From assembly GCF_032191835.1 (NCBI RefSeq), contig NC_083240.1, positions 27,652,001 to 27,716,000 on the forward strand: a DNA stretch of 64,000 bases. The letters are read 5' to 3'. This document shows, piece by piece, positions 24,573-37,978 of this stretch. The notes below the pieces were generated by a model. That model saw only the letters and a list, made by a program, of their open reading frames with translations. It did not search any database and was not told the origin of the DNA. This DNA comes from Heteronotia binoei. Taxonomy: Eukaryota. Within the stretch, counting starts at the first letter, position 1. Each line of letters starts with the position of its first letter. Position numbers and translations under genes: made by a program.

Positions 24573-25080
24573 TAGGGTTGCCAAGTCCAATTTAAGAAAT
24601 ATCTGGGGACTTTGGGGGTGGAGCCAGGAGACTTTGGGGGTGGAGCCAAGATCAAGGCTGTGAGAAGCATAATTGAACTCCAAAGGGAGTTCTGGCCATC
24701 ACATTTAAAGGGACAGCACACCTTTTCAATGCCTTCCTTCCATAGGAAATAATGGAGGATAGGGGCATCTTCTTTTGGGGCTCATAAAATTGGACCCCCT
24801 GGTCCAATCGTTTTGAAACTTGGGGGATATTTTGGGGAGAGGCACTAGATGCTGTACTGAAAATTTGGTGCCTCTACCCCAAAAAACAGCCTCGCCAAAG
24901 CCCCAGATACCCGCAGATCAATTCTCCATGATTTTCTATGGGAATAAATCTCCATAGGGAATAATAGAGTTCCCAGCAGACATTTCCCTCCCCTCCCCCC
25001 GCTTTCTGATGACCCTGAAGTGGGGGGAGGGTCTCCAAACTGGGGGATCCCCTGCCCCCACCTGGGGATTGGCAACCCTA
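24573..25080 (-). mobile_element. Complete long TAGGGTTGCCA MITE (508 bp)
   Basis: Perfect TIRs tagggttgccaa / ttggcaacccta and perfect 8-bp TSD gtgggttc; this supports hAT assignment for the family. Confidence 0.93.
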
Positions 25081-26249
25081 GTGGGTTCTGGCAATGTATG
25101 TTAAAACAAAGTCAATCAAAATACCAACCTATAATCAATTAAAAGACCTGGGACAATCCATTCCTAAAAACACCAGTGAGAGCTACAACCCATTGTGTGT
25201 GCTTGGATGCTGGTGACCTCCACCAGCACAGGTGGGAATAGGAGTGTGCAGTATAGGCCTCTGTGATTGGCAGGTAGTAGGAAGCCTCAGGATTGGTCAT
25301 AAGTGCTGCAAATACTAGACTCTTGGTTGTCTACCAGGGCTTTGTCAAGACTGGAGTTACAACTGGAAGTGATGCCATGCAGAGTTGCCTTCCCATTTTT
25401 GTTGCTGCTGGACCAAAGAAGTTGCCTTGTAGTACCATGGAGGCTGGATGTTAGGTCAGTTGCAGCATGGGACATTCTTGGGGATTTGGAAGCAGTGCCT
25501 GGGAGACAGAGTTTGGGGAAGGAAAGGAGCTCAGCAGGGACGTGATGCCACTCTCCAAAGTTGCCATTTGCTCCAGGGGAGCGAATCTCTGCCACCTGGA
25601 GGTGAGTTGTGATTCTGGGAGAACTCCAGGTCCCACCTGGAAGATGGTAACTCCAGGCAGGATTTGTGCAGGGCTACACAAGAGAATTCTTTTTCTGCTC
25701 CTACAGCACAAAGCAAAGCAGAGAAATGCACAAAAGGCCCCCTTCCCATTCGGAATGTTTTATCGATGCTGTAAATCATAGAGGTATCGACCAGCCTGCT
25801 TCTTTCTCGGGGGACCCAAAGAGAGCCTGGTGCAAGCAGAGAGCAGCCGTCCAGGCTCTGATCGGGAAGCTGTAACTCAGGGTTAATGAACCATGAAAGC
25901 TGCTGAAAGCCGGGAGAATCACCCAATAAATATGAGGCCCAGCCTCTTAAGTCAACCGGGGAAGGAAAACAAAGCAGGCCTTTTGTCAACGGAGGCCAAA
26001 CGCAAGGGATAAAAAGCATCACCCTGGCAGGAAGATCTCGTCACCCCTGGCTATATTTCCTTCAGCATCTCCCTCATAGCAGCCACAGTCTCTCCTGCAT
26101 TCATGCACTCTCAGCTCTGTGGCCCTGCTGCTTCTCTTACCTCCTTTGAGGTTCTCAGGTCTACCATGGCCACTGGCGGGGGATGGGTTGCCAGATCCAG
26201 GCTGGGAAGTTATGGAGATGTAGGGATTGATACTGTGAGGAGGAAAGAA

Positions 26250-26526
26250 GAAGAAGAAGAAATTGGATTTATACCCCGCCCTTCACTCTGAATCTCAGAG
26301 TTTCAGAGTGGCTCACAATCTCCTTTACCTTCCTCCCCCGCAACAGACACCCTGTGAGGTAGATGGGGCTGAGAAAGCTCTCACATAAGCTACCCTTTCA
26401 AGGTCAGCTCTGTGAGAGTTATGGGTGACCCAAGGCCATCCCAGCAGCTGCAAGTGGAGGAGTGGGGGAATCAAACCTGGTTCTCCTAGATAAGAGTCCA
26501 CACACTTAACCACTACACCAAACTGA
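26250..26526 (-). mobile_element. Squam3-like SINE nested in a short TAGGG MITE (26184-26665)
   Basis: MITE halves on both sides; (GAA)n tail. Confidence 0.85.
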
Positions 26527-27149
26527 TCAGAGACCTCAATGGGGTCCAATGCCATAAAGTCCACCTTCCAAAGCATCCATTTTCTCCAGGGGAACGGATC
26601 TCCATAGTCTGGAGATGAGCCTAATTCCAGGGGATCCCCAGGTCCCACCTGGAGGCTGGCATTCCTACACAGTTCTTCACAGCGGCCATGTGGGAAGCTA
26701 AAATAACCCTGGGGCTAACCGAGGGGATCAGCTCTTGTGGCTATAAGAGCCAGTCTTCAGGTGGGGCATCAAGTTCTGGATTTAGAACTCCAGATTTGAG
26801 TCCAATAGCGACTTAGAAACCAACAAGTTTCACTGGGTATAAGCTTTCAAGAATCAAAGAGTTCCATTACCCTGGAGAAAAGGGCAGATTCAGAGGGTGG
26901 ACTCTCTGGCATTACATCCTTGCAGATTTCTCCTCCCAAATTCCACCCTCCCCCAGGCTCCACCTCCAAATCTTGAGGAATTTCCCCATGCCAAGTTGCC
27001 ATTGTGGCACCAACGACAGGCACTGGCTCACTCACTACTTCCTCCCACAAGCTGGCGGCAGTGCAGAAAGAGACTGTGGTTGAGTTGACGCCACAGGCAT
27101 GGTTGTCGCTAAAGGATGTCCTAGCAGAATTGCTGGGGCCTCATGATAA

Positions 27150-27335
27150 ACACATGAAGCTGCCTTGTACTGAACCAGAGCCTTGGTCCATCAAATCAGT
27201 ATTGTCTACTCAGACTGGCAGCAGCTCTCCAGGGTCTCAGGCTGAGGCCCTTCCCTTCACCTACCTGTTCCTTAACTAGAGATAATGGGGATTGAACCTA
27301 GGACTTTTTGGATGCCAACAGATACTTTACCATTG
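27150..27335 (-). mobile_element. tRNA-head SINE with CR1-type tail (Squam2-like)
   Basis: Same family as 45096-45309. Confidence 0.7.
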
Positions 27336-28428
27336 AGCCCCTGCCAAGCCTCATCCCACTTGCTCCTATCAGTGACCCTCCAGGAAATTTTCTCATAAGT
27401 TAACTGAGCCATCTGAACCATCCCTATGAAGATAGCCAACTCCAACATTCTACAGATAAACATAGGGACATCCATGTGACATCCAGGAGTGATTCCCCAC
27501 TCCCTTCAGTATACCACCAGTGGTGCTACTAAGACCAGACTTTCAGACATAGGTTTCCAAACTGCCTAGATAAATGCCAGGAGATTTGGGGGCCAGTGCC
27601 TAAGAGTGGTGAAGTTTGGGGAGGATGTGATGTCACTTCTGGGGAATGCTCTAGGAATTTCTCCTTATCTCTGTGATAAAGTGCGTAGAAGCTTGAGGAA
27701 ATTCCTAGAGCCCCACTATCGATGTAGTTCCTCCCCAGGCCCAGGTATTTAGGAAGCCTATTCAGGCATAAGTTCAGCTCACGTGCATAGTGTGTGTGTG
27801 GGGTGGATATGGGTTTGCATTTGAAATATACATTATCTTCTAAAGGGAATCCTCATAAAACCATTAAGTGCAGAAGCTAAAATTACTTACCTGCATCACT
27901 GCACACCACTAAACATTGTTGATGGCTCTGTTCTGTCTGTGTGCCGTATTCAATAGGCAATGACAATTATTTCAGATTTCTAATCCCTGATGTTTCAACC
28001 TGAAAATTCCTCATTTCTGCCATGTTTCTCTGCTGTGTGAACTGAACCTAGGATTCTTTCTTTTTGTGACTTTTTTTGTTTACCTGCAGTGACAATGCTG
28101 CCCTTTTCCAATGTTGTATGCGTGCTGATAAGTAGCATTATAAATCATATGCTTATATTAGAAATGGTATACTTTCTGTGTACCCACTGCATGTGAAAAA
28201 AAAGTCACCTCTTGTCTGCATCTCCCACTCAGCTCTTTCACTCATGCCACCGCCCCGCAGCTTCTCCTGGGAGTGTGGAGTGATGCCAGAAATAAGACAA
28301 GCGGCATCCAAATTAATAAAGAGTTTAACAAAGTCATAGAAACACATGCGTACGTATTGATGCAGGACATCTGAGCAAGATCCAATGAAAAGCAATATAA
28401 CCACAGATCCTCTTTGTTTTGCAATATA

Positions 28429-28700
28429 ACCAGTTTGGTGTAGTGGTTAAGTGTGCAGACTTTTATCTGGGTTTGATTCCCCACTCCTCCACTTGCACCT
28501 GCTGGAATGGCCCTGGGTCAGCCATAGCTCTCGTAGGAGTTGTCCTTGAAAGGACAGCTGCTGTGAGAGCCCTCTCAGCCCCACCCACCTCACAGGGTGT
28601 CTGTTGTGGGGGGAGAAGATATAGGAGATTGTAAGCCGCTCTAAGTTTCTGATTCAGAGAGAAGGACGGGGTATAAATCTGCAGTCTTCTTCTTCTTCTT
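28429..28700 (+). mobile_element. Squam3-like SINE
   Basis: ccagtttggtgtagtggttaag...gggtttgattccc...gggtataaatctgcagtc(ttc)n. Confidence 0.88.
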
Positions 28701-28910
28701 CTCATCCCATTTCTTACTTATCCCTGTGATGTTAAAGTCAGGATGGGTTCCTTCTCCTGGAGTTACAAAGCATTCAGAAATGGTTTACACTTCTGTTTCA
28801 TAAATGGAAGTGGGGAGCTTATTAGGAATTTCTCAATTGGTTGAGGAGATGGTCATTTGCAGTGTAACCTTTTCTCTCTGTGTCTTTGTCTCTTTTCTTT
28901 GGCCAAGCAG

Positions 28911-29012
28911 GTATCCTGAAGAGGAGATCCTGCAGAAAGTAGGGACTTTCCGGCAGATGCTGATGGAAAAGGAGGGCGTGCTCACTCGCGAGGACCAGCA
29001 TGGGAGGCAGAT
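28911..29012 (+). CDS. SRRM3: SRRM3 coding exon 2 (102 nt): (G)YPEEEILQKVGTFRQMLMEKEGVLTREDQHGRQ(I), C-terminal half of cwf21
   Basis: Polypyrimidine tract plus CAG at 28908-28910; donor AT|GTGAGT; continues the frame of exon 1. Confidence 0.95.
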
Positions 29013-29097
29013 GTGAGTATGGAGAGGCCTGGACAGGGCCATGGGAACGGGTTTGAAGGAGAAGACACACGGTCAGATGAAGATGATGGCACCTGGG

Positions 29098-29182
29098 GGG
29101 TTTTTTTGGCCACTGTGTGACAGAGTGTTGGACTGGACAGGCCATTGGCCTGATCCAACATGGCTTCTCTTATGTTCTTATG
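29098..29182 (+). mobile_element. CR1 3'-terminal stub
   Basis: Matches the last ~85 nt of the CR1 at 21772-23305. Confidence 0.85.
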
Positions 29183-29259
29183 AGGAAGGAGAGAGTGGGA
29201 TCACACATTTCTGACATTACAATTGTGAGTCCCGGAAGTCTGCCGATCACACCTATTGG

Positions 29260-29366
29260 CAGGGCTTTTTTTGAGCAGGAACGCAGTTCTGGCTGGCTCG
29301 GTGTCAGGGGTGTGGCCTAATATGCAAATGAGTTTCTGCTGGGACTTTTCTACCAAAAAAGCCCTG
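29260..29366. mobile_element. 107-bp octamer-core MITE
   Basis: TIR cagggcttttt / aaaaagccctg; TSD cctattgg/cctgttgg. Confidence 0.85.
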
Positions 29367-31589
29367 CCTGTTGGAAGCATACACTTACTCTCTTTCTTCC
29401 CAAGACGTGTGGTTGCAATGTTGTCTGATATGGGCAACATGTGGATTTTGTGCACATGTACAGCCTCTATATGTGCTACATCAAACTCTTGGGTTTTTCA
29501 GCATTCTGGTTTGCATTTTTACCAAAGCTGAAAATCCACTTCTTGCCTTTTTCGAGCCTTTTGGGCAGCCATATATCTCAGGAGGTTCTTGGTGGGCTTG
29601 CCAGCCTCCCAGGTTGCCTTGTCCTGACCTCTGAAAGTGACCACCCTGTCTAGAGATTCTTCTGGACCTTGGTGTCCATGATTTCTTCCTGATGGATGTG
29701 ATAGCCCTTGCAGGCTTTGCTTTCCCAACTCAGGAGACCCTCTTTGACATTAACACTCCTTGGGTCTCCAAGACCAATAGTGATTTAGACACCAGTTTTT
29801 CAGCCACGAAACCCGTGCGTTTTGTACCCCATCAGCCAGGTGGGCAGGGGACGAAACAGGACCCCCGCCACAGGACAGGAGCAGACCCTGCAGAACACAA
29901 TAGTAATACCCCATTTGGGTTCAAGAATTTGAGCAAGTGCAGAAATGGAGGATTAGAGCTGGGAAGACAGACCATGTAGACAGACAAGCACCTCTGAAGA
30001 GGTTAAAAAAAAAAATGGTTCACCCACACAGTTGTTTGTTCCAGAAGCCTACAGCATTGCATGATGCTATACCACAACACTGGATTCACCATGTGGCATT
30101 GGGCAACTCACTTAAACCAGCAACACTGGTCTGCAGAACAATTAAAAAATTAAAAGTCCCACCCTTCCTAATTGTTTCTTCTTTGCTGCCAAACTGTTCC
30201 CTGCAGTCCCCCCCCCCCCCCCCACACACACACACACATTTTATTTATTCAGATAGGGCTACTTGTGTGTTCTTGCAATTGTTTTATTATTGTTCACCTC
30301 ATGGATCAGTGCTGAAGCACCTCTTATACACATTTTCTGAAGCCTCCCCTCTGCTTGCTGGGATCATTCCCTTTGCAATAACAACCCGTCTTGCGTAGAA
30401 TTAAAAGCGAAGGAAGTGTTCTTTGGTCCCAGATATATTGCAGGAACAAAATCCCCCCATAATATGTTATTGCACTTAGCAATTCAAAATGAGCCTTGCG
30501 GATTGCAGGAACATGAAACGAGAGACTGTGTTTTTCATGATCACCTGCATGCAGAACTAGATTTACCCAAGGGACGGGTAAAAAAAAAACCCTCCTAATA
30601 TATTTCTGTAAATGAAAAGCAGTTTGGAGGAAAGGAGTTGACAGAGCAGCAATCCCCATTGTGGCCACTGGGGGCACCATGGAGCCCACCAAGATTTTTC
30701 CTGGCGCCTGTTTGCTCCTTGAGTCTTTGGGGTCAAATCCGAATGAAGATCTCTGCACCAAAGCAAAGAGCTGATTCCAGCTTTCCTGCATCTCCTTAGA
30801 GCAGGAAATATTGCAGACCAGGATGCTGTAGTCTATGAGGAATGAAATGGCCAACAACCACCAGGTGGGGCCTGGAGAGCTCCTGGAATTACAACTGTTT
30901 TCCAGACTGCAGGGACCAGTTCCCCAGGAGGAAATGACTGCTTTGGAGGATGGACTCTATAGAAAAATACCCCACTGAGGTCCTTCCAAAAGTGTACACA
31001 TCTCAACAAAATTGGAGACTTCTGGATATGTGGATGGCTAGGGGAAGGTGGTCTCTTCTGACCACTCACTGCTGCTTTTCTGTTTCCAGGGAAAGATAAA
31101 ATGGACACCTCCTAACTTTCCCTCTGTGCGAGGCCATGATAGGGCCCTAGTTGGCTCTGGGTCATAGGGTAGCTCTAATTTTTGGGCAAAACTCTATGGC
31201 TTGTAGCCGATTTTGCCTTGCGACGTTGCCAACGTGCTGACATCACTTCCAGGGGACATCATCATATCACCTTTTGAGCCAGTTGGGGGTGGGATTTCCC
31301 TCTGCCAGTCAGCTGGCTGGCAACAGAGAAGCACCCTGCAAAAGTGTGGGTCTGACAACCCTAAATTGGCAAGAGATCAGTTGTGCTGGAGAAAATTGGA
31401 GCTTTAGAGAGCTGACTCTATGGCCTCACACCAGCTCCCTCCTCTCCTGTGCCCAAATTCTGCTCTCCCAAGACTCCACCCCCAAATCTCCAGGAATTTC
31501 CCAATCTGGATTTGTTAGTCCTGGCCACTGTGCTGTTATTTTTTATTGGTAACTCCCTATATTGCTTTAAACCTCATGGGGGGGGGGAC

Positions 31590-32064
31590 AAATCCCCAGG
31601 TGGCCCTCCCCCCATTTCAGGGTTATCAGGAAGTGGGGAGTCGGTTGAATGTCCGCTGGGCACTCCATTATACCTTATGGAGACTGATTCCTATAGGATA
31701 TAATGGAGAATTGATCTGTGGGTATCTGGGGCTCTGTGGGGCCCCCCTGTTTTTGGGGGGTAGAGGCACCAAATTTTCAGCATAGTATCTGGTGCGTCTC
31801 CTAAAAACACCCTCCAAGTTTCAAAAAGATTAGACTAGGGAGCCCAGTTATGTGAGCCCCAGAAGAAGATGCCCCCATCCTCCATTATTTCCAATGAAGG
31901 GAAGGTATTTAAAAGGAGTGTGGTTCTTTTAAATGTGATGGCCAGAACTCCCTTCGGTATTCAATCATGCTTGTCACAACCATGCTCCCGGCTCCACCCC
32001 CAAAGTCTCCTGACTCCACCCCCAAACTCCTCAGATATTTCCTGAGTTGTACCTGGCAACCCTA
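31590..32064 (+). mobile_element. Long TAGGG-type MITE
   Basis: Body homologous to 20600; right TIR ctggcaacccta. Confidence 0.8.
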
Positions 32065-32469
32065 TGCAAAATACAGGTCTTCCCCCCCTCCCCATGCACA
32101 ACATAAAGCAGCCTGCAGGAGGCATTTTTGTTCAAATAACTGGCATTGGTGAGGGGGGGAACTAAACTCCTCTTTCCCCAGCACTGTAGCCCAGATGCAA
32201 ATACACACTCAGTTGTTTTTAGGCCCCTGTTCCTCAGCTAGAATTTCAGTCCCAGAATTCTAGCATCACCAGTAGTTTGGCCTTTCATTTCTATTATACC
32301 CCACAGTTTTGCATTCTGTGTTCCTCCAGTAAACATCATTCTCCCGTTCTCATTTTCTTCTCCAACAACCCTGTAGAGCAAGTTAGAATAAAAGAATGTT
32401 ACTGGCCCAAGGTCATCTGATAAACTTCATGACCAAGTGGGAAATTGTACTCCGGTCTCCCAGATCCTA

Positions 32470-32756
32470 GAAGATGATGATGAAGAAGATATTGTATTTA
32501 TATCCCGCCCTCCACTCCGAAGAGTGTCAGAGCGGCTCACAATCTCCTTTACCTTCCTCCTCCACAACAGACACCCTGTGAGGTGGGTGGGGCTGGAGAG
32601 GGCTCTCACAGCAGCTGCCCTTGCAAGGACAACCTCTGCCAGAGCTATGGCTGACCCAAGGCCATGCTAGCAGGTGCAAGTGGAGGAGTGGGGAATCAAA
32701 CCCGGTTCTCCCAGATAAGAGTCCGCACACTTAACCACTACACCAAACTGGCTCTC
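32470..32756 (-). mobile_element. Squam3-like SINE, full length and young
   Basis: Head gagagccagtttggtgtagtgg on the minus strand; intact CpGs. Confidence 0.9.
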
Positions 32757-33109
32757 CTATTATACCCCTAGCCTGACACTAACTGCTACACCAGGCTGTC
32801 TTGTGGAGAGAACTGAAAATCAGAGGGCACTCATTTGAGGCCCCCTCGTTGTTATTTGAAAAGGACATTTTCCCTGTTCTTCACCAAGGACAAAAGCGGG
32901 ACAGTGCTTTGCCAGGAACAAGCACCCAAAATAGGATGTTTATGCAGCCCTAGCCTGGAAGCGTTCCAGAACATTTATATCTTTCCTGATGTAACCAAGT
33001 CTTCTTTTGAGAGTAACACGCTTTTAACCCCTCTCTGCTTGAACCAAGGGCTGACCCATGGTTTCCCTTAAACGTTCAGGCCCAGGTAGCCTAGCACGAA
33101 CCAGAAGAA

Positions 33110-33371
33110 GAAGACCATCGATTTATACTCCAGCCTTCTCTCTGAATCAGAGTCTCAGAGCAGTTTACAATCTCCTTTAACTTCTTCCCTCACAACAAAC
33201 ACCCTGCAAGGGGGGTGGGGTCTGAGAGAGCTCTCAAGGACAACTCCTGTGAGAGCTATGGCTGACCCAAGGCCATTCCAGCAACTGCAGGTGGAGGAGG
33301 GGGGGAATCAAACCCGATTCTCTCAGATAAGAGTCCGCGCACTGCACTTAACCACTACACCAAACTGGCAC
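33110..33371 (-). mobile_element. Squam3-like SINE
   Basis: Same structure as the neighbouring copy. Confidence 0.85.
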
Positions 33372-34397
33372 CTCCACTACAAACATCACATGTGTATTTG
33401 CATGGCTAGGTCTCTGACCAATACAGTTGTTTCATATTTCTCTCCCCCACCTTTCTGCCAAGCATGGCCTTCCAAAGCAATTCATGAGAATTTTTAAAAA
33501 ATACATTTTACCTTAAATTCAGTGCCCATGTTCCTTCAGGAGACCCTCAGCCAAACGGTACATAGCTACTTCCTGTCTGCCCACAATTTTTAAAAAAAGA
33601 ACAGAATCTCTTTCCCTGTATGTTATGCGCAGCGACTCAGGCATTTAAACATACATGTACCAGTCGCAGTGTTGTGCATCTGTGTTCTCTGCTCCAGCAT
33701 CAGAAGCTGTGCACAAAACGAAAGCCCTGGCTAGACCCTCCTCTGCCCTAACCACCCTCCTTTTCCCTGCTTTGCCAGCCCACAAACGGTTCTGTTGTAT
33801 TTTCTGAGCCAAAACATCCTGGGGTTAAATTTCCCTTAAAGCGGTCAATTACTCACTCAGCTTGTAATTGGGTTAAACTCCCCGAGAGGACGGAGATTAA
33901 TGCCTGCCGGGGCGACATCTCTGCTAAGCGACACCGCTTTTCCTTGCCAAGTCCCCCCACCCCTTTTTGACATCTTTAGAGGGCAAGACAAACAAAGAGG
34001 GGAGGGTTGGTGTCTAAAAGAATTTACCAGCCTGTCTGTATAATTAAAAAACCCCTCCACGCTATACAAGCACAAAGTCTCAGAACCAGAGGATTCCCGC
34101 TGCAATCTCTATGCACATTTGTGCTGGTGTTTTCTTGGTTCTCTGGCTCCAGGCTAATTCAGATCCTGTAAGCATATGTAGCAGTCTTCATAGCATAGGC
34201 AAGACTTCTCATAATAAATCAGAAAATCCGGATTGTTAACATGTGTTTACTTTTACCATTTTGATCTGAGGGGTTCAGGACAATGTGCATGATTTTTCTC
34301 CTTCTCCCCAATATTATCCTCACAACAATCCTGTCAGGTAGGTGACAATGAAAGGGGGGGGGGAGTGGATCACTGGCTTAAAACATACTGAGAGCCA

Positions 34398-34641
34398 GAC
34401 CGATTTCCCATTCGCCTTACGCCGCACTTACTCTCCTCATCTCAGCAGGGCTTCTGTCTAATTTCACACTATCTGCCCCGGGGCTGCAACTAGCATCAGC
34501 TTTTTCGCACAGCAAACAGGTTTTTAGAGGTTTCTGTTTGCTACGCAAAAAAACTGCAGCTGGTTGCAGCCCCGGGGCAGATAGTGTGAAATCAGACGGA
34601 AGCCCCGCTGAGAGCGACATAAGGCGAGTGGGAAATCGGTC
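34398..34641. mobile_element. Harbinger-like palindromic MITE inserted in the head of a Squam3-like SINE (34388-34900)
   Basis: TIR gaccgatttcccattcgcctta; 3-bp TSD cca. Confidence 0.8.
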
Positions 34642-35360
34642 CCAATTTGGTGTAGTGGTTAAGTGCGCGGACTCTTATCTGGGAAAAACGGGTTTGATTC
34701 CCCACTCCTCCACTTGCATCTGCTGGAATGGCCTTGGGTCAGCCAATAGCTATCACAGAGCTTGTCCTTGAAAAGGTAGCTTTTGAGAGAGCTCTCTCAG
34801 CCCCACCCACCTCACAGGGTGTCTGTTGTGGGGGGGAAGCTAAAGGTGAGCTGCTCTGAGACTTTGAGTGGAGGGCAGAAAATAAATCCAATGTCGTAGT
34901 CTAAGATTATGCAATGTGTTTTGTGCTCAAGTTTAGATTTGAACGCAGATCGGGTTTAATCTGACACTCTAACTGTTATATGATATTGGGTCTCATTGGC
35001 CCATGTGTCTGCCAGATGCCTAATTTGGACTCTGAATAGTGTCAAGATTTGCTCACTGACCAGTGCTAGACCTGGCTAGGGTGGTGAGGACATCAGATTG
35101 CTGAACACCACATCCTGTGCCATGCACAACCACCTTTTCTCCCATGCGTTTGAATGCAGAAAAGAATTCACAGTTGCCTAGAACAGTACACATGCAATGT
35201 AGACCAAGGGTTTAAATCTATGTATCCACTTTTGCCGGTTAGTGTCCCCAACGTGCATTGCCAGCCTAAAGGAAGTTGGCTATATCTGTGAATGTAAAAG
35301 GAAACATTTAATGCATCTTTACATGTTGCTTCTGTTTTCCATCCTTCTCCCCTTGGACAG

Positions 35361-35495
35361 AGTGATAGAAAACCATCATATGGTGGATGGAGAGGAATAC
35401 GCCATGGAGTACCCCGCCTATGGGGAGGGCTACCCCGTGCAGTGTGACTGTGCGACTGACTGCTATCAAGATGACAGCAGTCACCGAGAGTACAG
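35361..35495 (+). CDS. SRRM3: SRRM3 coding exon 3 (135 nt): VIENHHMVDGEEYAMEY...CDCATDCYQDDSSHREY(R)
   Basis: Acceptor ccttggacAG, donor AG|GTGAGT, phase 2-2; CDC..CY motif as in SRRM3. Confidence 0.92.
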
Positions 35496-35591
35496 GTGAG
35501 TGACCAGGATATCATCTGGGTTCTTGTGAGAGTTTGGTTGGGACAACTTTTTTGCCAGGGTTTAAACCTTTCTAAAAGTCAACCATCTTAC

Positions 35592-35890
35592 ATAGAATCA
35601 TAGAGTTGGAAGGGACCCCAGAGTCATCTAGTCCAACCCCCTGCACAATGCAGGAAACTCACAAACACTTCCCCCTAAATTCACAGGATCCACATTGCTG
35701 TCAGATGGCCATCTAGCCTCTGTTTAAAAACCACCAGGGAAGGAGAGCCCACCACCTTCCAAGGAAGCCTGTTCCACTGAGGAATCGCTCTGACTGTCAG
35801 GAAGTTCTTTCTAATGTTGAGCCGGAAACTCTTCTGATGTAATTTCAACCTGTTGGTTCTGGTCCTACCTTGTGGGGCAACAGAAAACAC
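35592..35890 (-). mobile_element. CR1 3' fragment, different subfamily ((ctatgatt) tail)
   Basis: catagaatcatagagttggaaggg; ORF FRLNIRKNFLTVRAIPQWNRLP. Confidence 0.85.
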
Positions 35891-36809
35891 CTTGTTTGTC
35901 CTGGGACAGGTGCTGTTGGGAAGCAAGTTTCCTCCCCATTTTCCCACAGCATCTTGGTGCTTTCCTGCATCTCCTGGGTTTACCCCATCCCCAAGGCTGT
36001 GATGTTTTGGGAAGGATCACCGCAAAGCTTGGATGGCTGCCATGTGGGTGGGGAAAACCACATTTCTCTAGTCCTGACTACTTTGGCATCATTTCCCCTG
36101 CCCCAGTCCCTGCAGTGGCCATCCTGCCCCCAAACCACCAGGAAGCTTTTTGGAGGTTCTTTTTTTTTAGAATCAGTAATTGATCTATCAGTATACTGAT
36201 ATGATGATACATTGGCACGTCGATTACTGGAACTTTTAAAAAAAATCTATAAAAGCACCTGGGTAACATGGAGCGAATGGCCACCACAGAGGTCGAGGAA
36301 GGGAAAATGAGTAGAGATGACAGCTCTGGGTTGGGAAATCCCTGGAGATTTGGGGGGGTGGAGCCTGGGGAGGGTGGGGTTTGGAGAGGGGAGGGATTCC
36401 AGTGGGGTATAATGCCCTAGAGCCCGCCCACCTTCCAAAGCAGCCATTATCTGCAGGTGAACTGAGCTTTGTAGCCTGGAGATGAGTTATAATCCCTGGA
36501 GATCTCCAGCTGTCACCTGGAGGTTGGCAATCCTAAAATGAGAGGAAACTCATCCTGTGGAGACGTGGCAGCCTCAGGGACAATGGAGAAACCCCAGAGG
36601 ACTGTTGCCATGTGGAACAGACCATTCACATCGGTCCAAAATCTGACGTTCTCTATATTGTTCCTTTTTATGCTTGCCTACCTCGCAGGGTTGTAGTGAG
36701 ACTAAAATGGGGAAGAGTGAACCAGGTGCATGTCCTGAGCTCCTCAGAGGAAGAGTTGGATTAAAATGTGACAGACAGAAGGTATCAACCTTGAACTGGA
36801 AAGCCCAGG

Positions 36810-36985
36810 CTAGCCTAGTGTCTTCATATCTTAGAAGCTTAGCAGGGTCGGCCCTGGTTAGCACGTGAATGGGAGACAACCAAGGAATACCAGGGTCATG
36901 AAATGGAGATGGGCAATGGCAAATCACCTCTGAACATCTCTTGCCCTGAAAACCCTACAGGCCCCCATAAGTCAACTTGCCTCCT
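36810..36985 (+). mobile_element. 5S-derived SINE ending ~60 bp upstream of exon 4
   Basis: gaagcttagcagggtcggccctggttagc...gggagac...gggcaatggcaaatcacctc. Confidence 0.8.
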
Positions 36986-37045
36986 GACAGCAAAAACAAA
37001 AGAAGGTGTCAAGCTACCAGTTCGCTCTCTTTCTTTCTGCCCCAG

Positions 37046-37126
37046 GCTGAAGAGGCGGTCCAGCACTTCAACCTCTCCCCCACCCAAGAAGAAAAAGAAA
37101 AAGAAATCGGGTCACCGCCGGAGCCG
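37046..37126 (+). CDS. SRRM3: SRRM3 coding exon 4 (81 nt): LKRRSSTSTSPPPKKKKKKKSGHRRS(R)
   Basis: Acceptor ctgccccAG, donor CG|GTGAGT, phase 2-2. Confidence 0.94.
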
Positions 37127-37787
37127 GTGAGTCATACTTCACTCCAAATGAAACCACAAGGTTTGCTCTGGACAGGCACAGGTGAATGAACAGAATCAGA
37201 AATTCTGAGATCCAGCCACATTACTTAGAGAATCGGCTTTTGGATGAGAGTGTGAATGAAACATACAAAAAGATCTAAATAATGCCAGGCTGTCTCTGTG
37301 GGTAACTCATCATCATCTGCTCTGACTGAAAGTTGTCCCTCCCAGTATGTGCTGCTCAGAATTCTTTAAAGTGTCAGGCACTGAATCCATAGAGGTCCCA
37401 TATCAGTTTCGGGGGGGGGGGGGGGCAGAACCTGTGGTAAAAAGTCTTGCATGTGTTGTGATGATGTCACTGCTGGTGAAAACACAGATGTGACATCACA
37501 AACATCTACCAAATCTCTAGGAATTCTCAGATCTCAGTGGTAAAGACAGTAGAGATCTGGGCAATTACCAGAGTATCAGGGGGTGGCTGTGACATCACTT
37601 CTGGTTTTTTTGTAAGTCTCCTGAAGGAAAGAAGCTGAACAGTGGGAGAATACCAGCCACCCCCTGTTGAGTGCCACCTATGAATCTGGGATCTTTTACA
37701 TAAAAAAGTGTGAACTCTACCAATGGACCATTCCTTCTCCCTATGCCAGCATAGCAAACTGCGTTATATTGAATCAGACCCTTGAAC

Positions 37788-37965
37788 ATAAGAACATAAG
37801 AGAAGACATGTTGGATCAGGCCAGTAGCCCATCCAGTTCAACACTCTGTGTCACACTGTGGCCAAAACCCAGGTTCCATTAGGAGGCCCACCAGCAGGGC
37901 CAGAATTCCAGAAGCCCACCCACTGTTGCCTCGCAAGCGCTAAGATACAAAGCATCACTGCCAAA
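37788..37965 (-). mobile_element. CR1 3' UTR fragment (long-UTR subfamily; also 50570-50820)
   Basis: cataagaacataag tail and terminal hairpin. Confidence 0.8.
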
Positions 37966-37978
37966 GTATCATCTAGCT

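Noticed and set aside
28090-28166. 77-nt cryptic exon upstream of coding exon 2
   Set aside because: Frameshifting and AT-rich; ordinary-strength sites expected by chance in a 28-kb intron.
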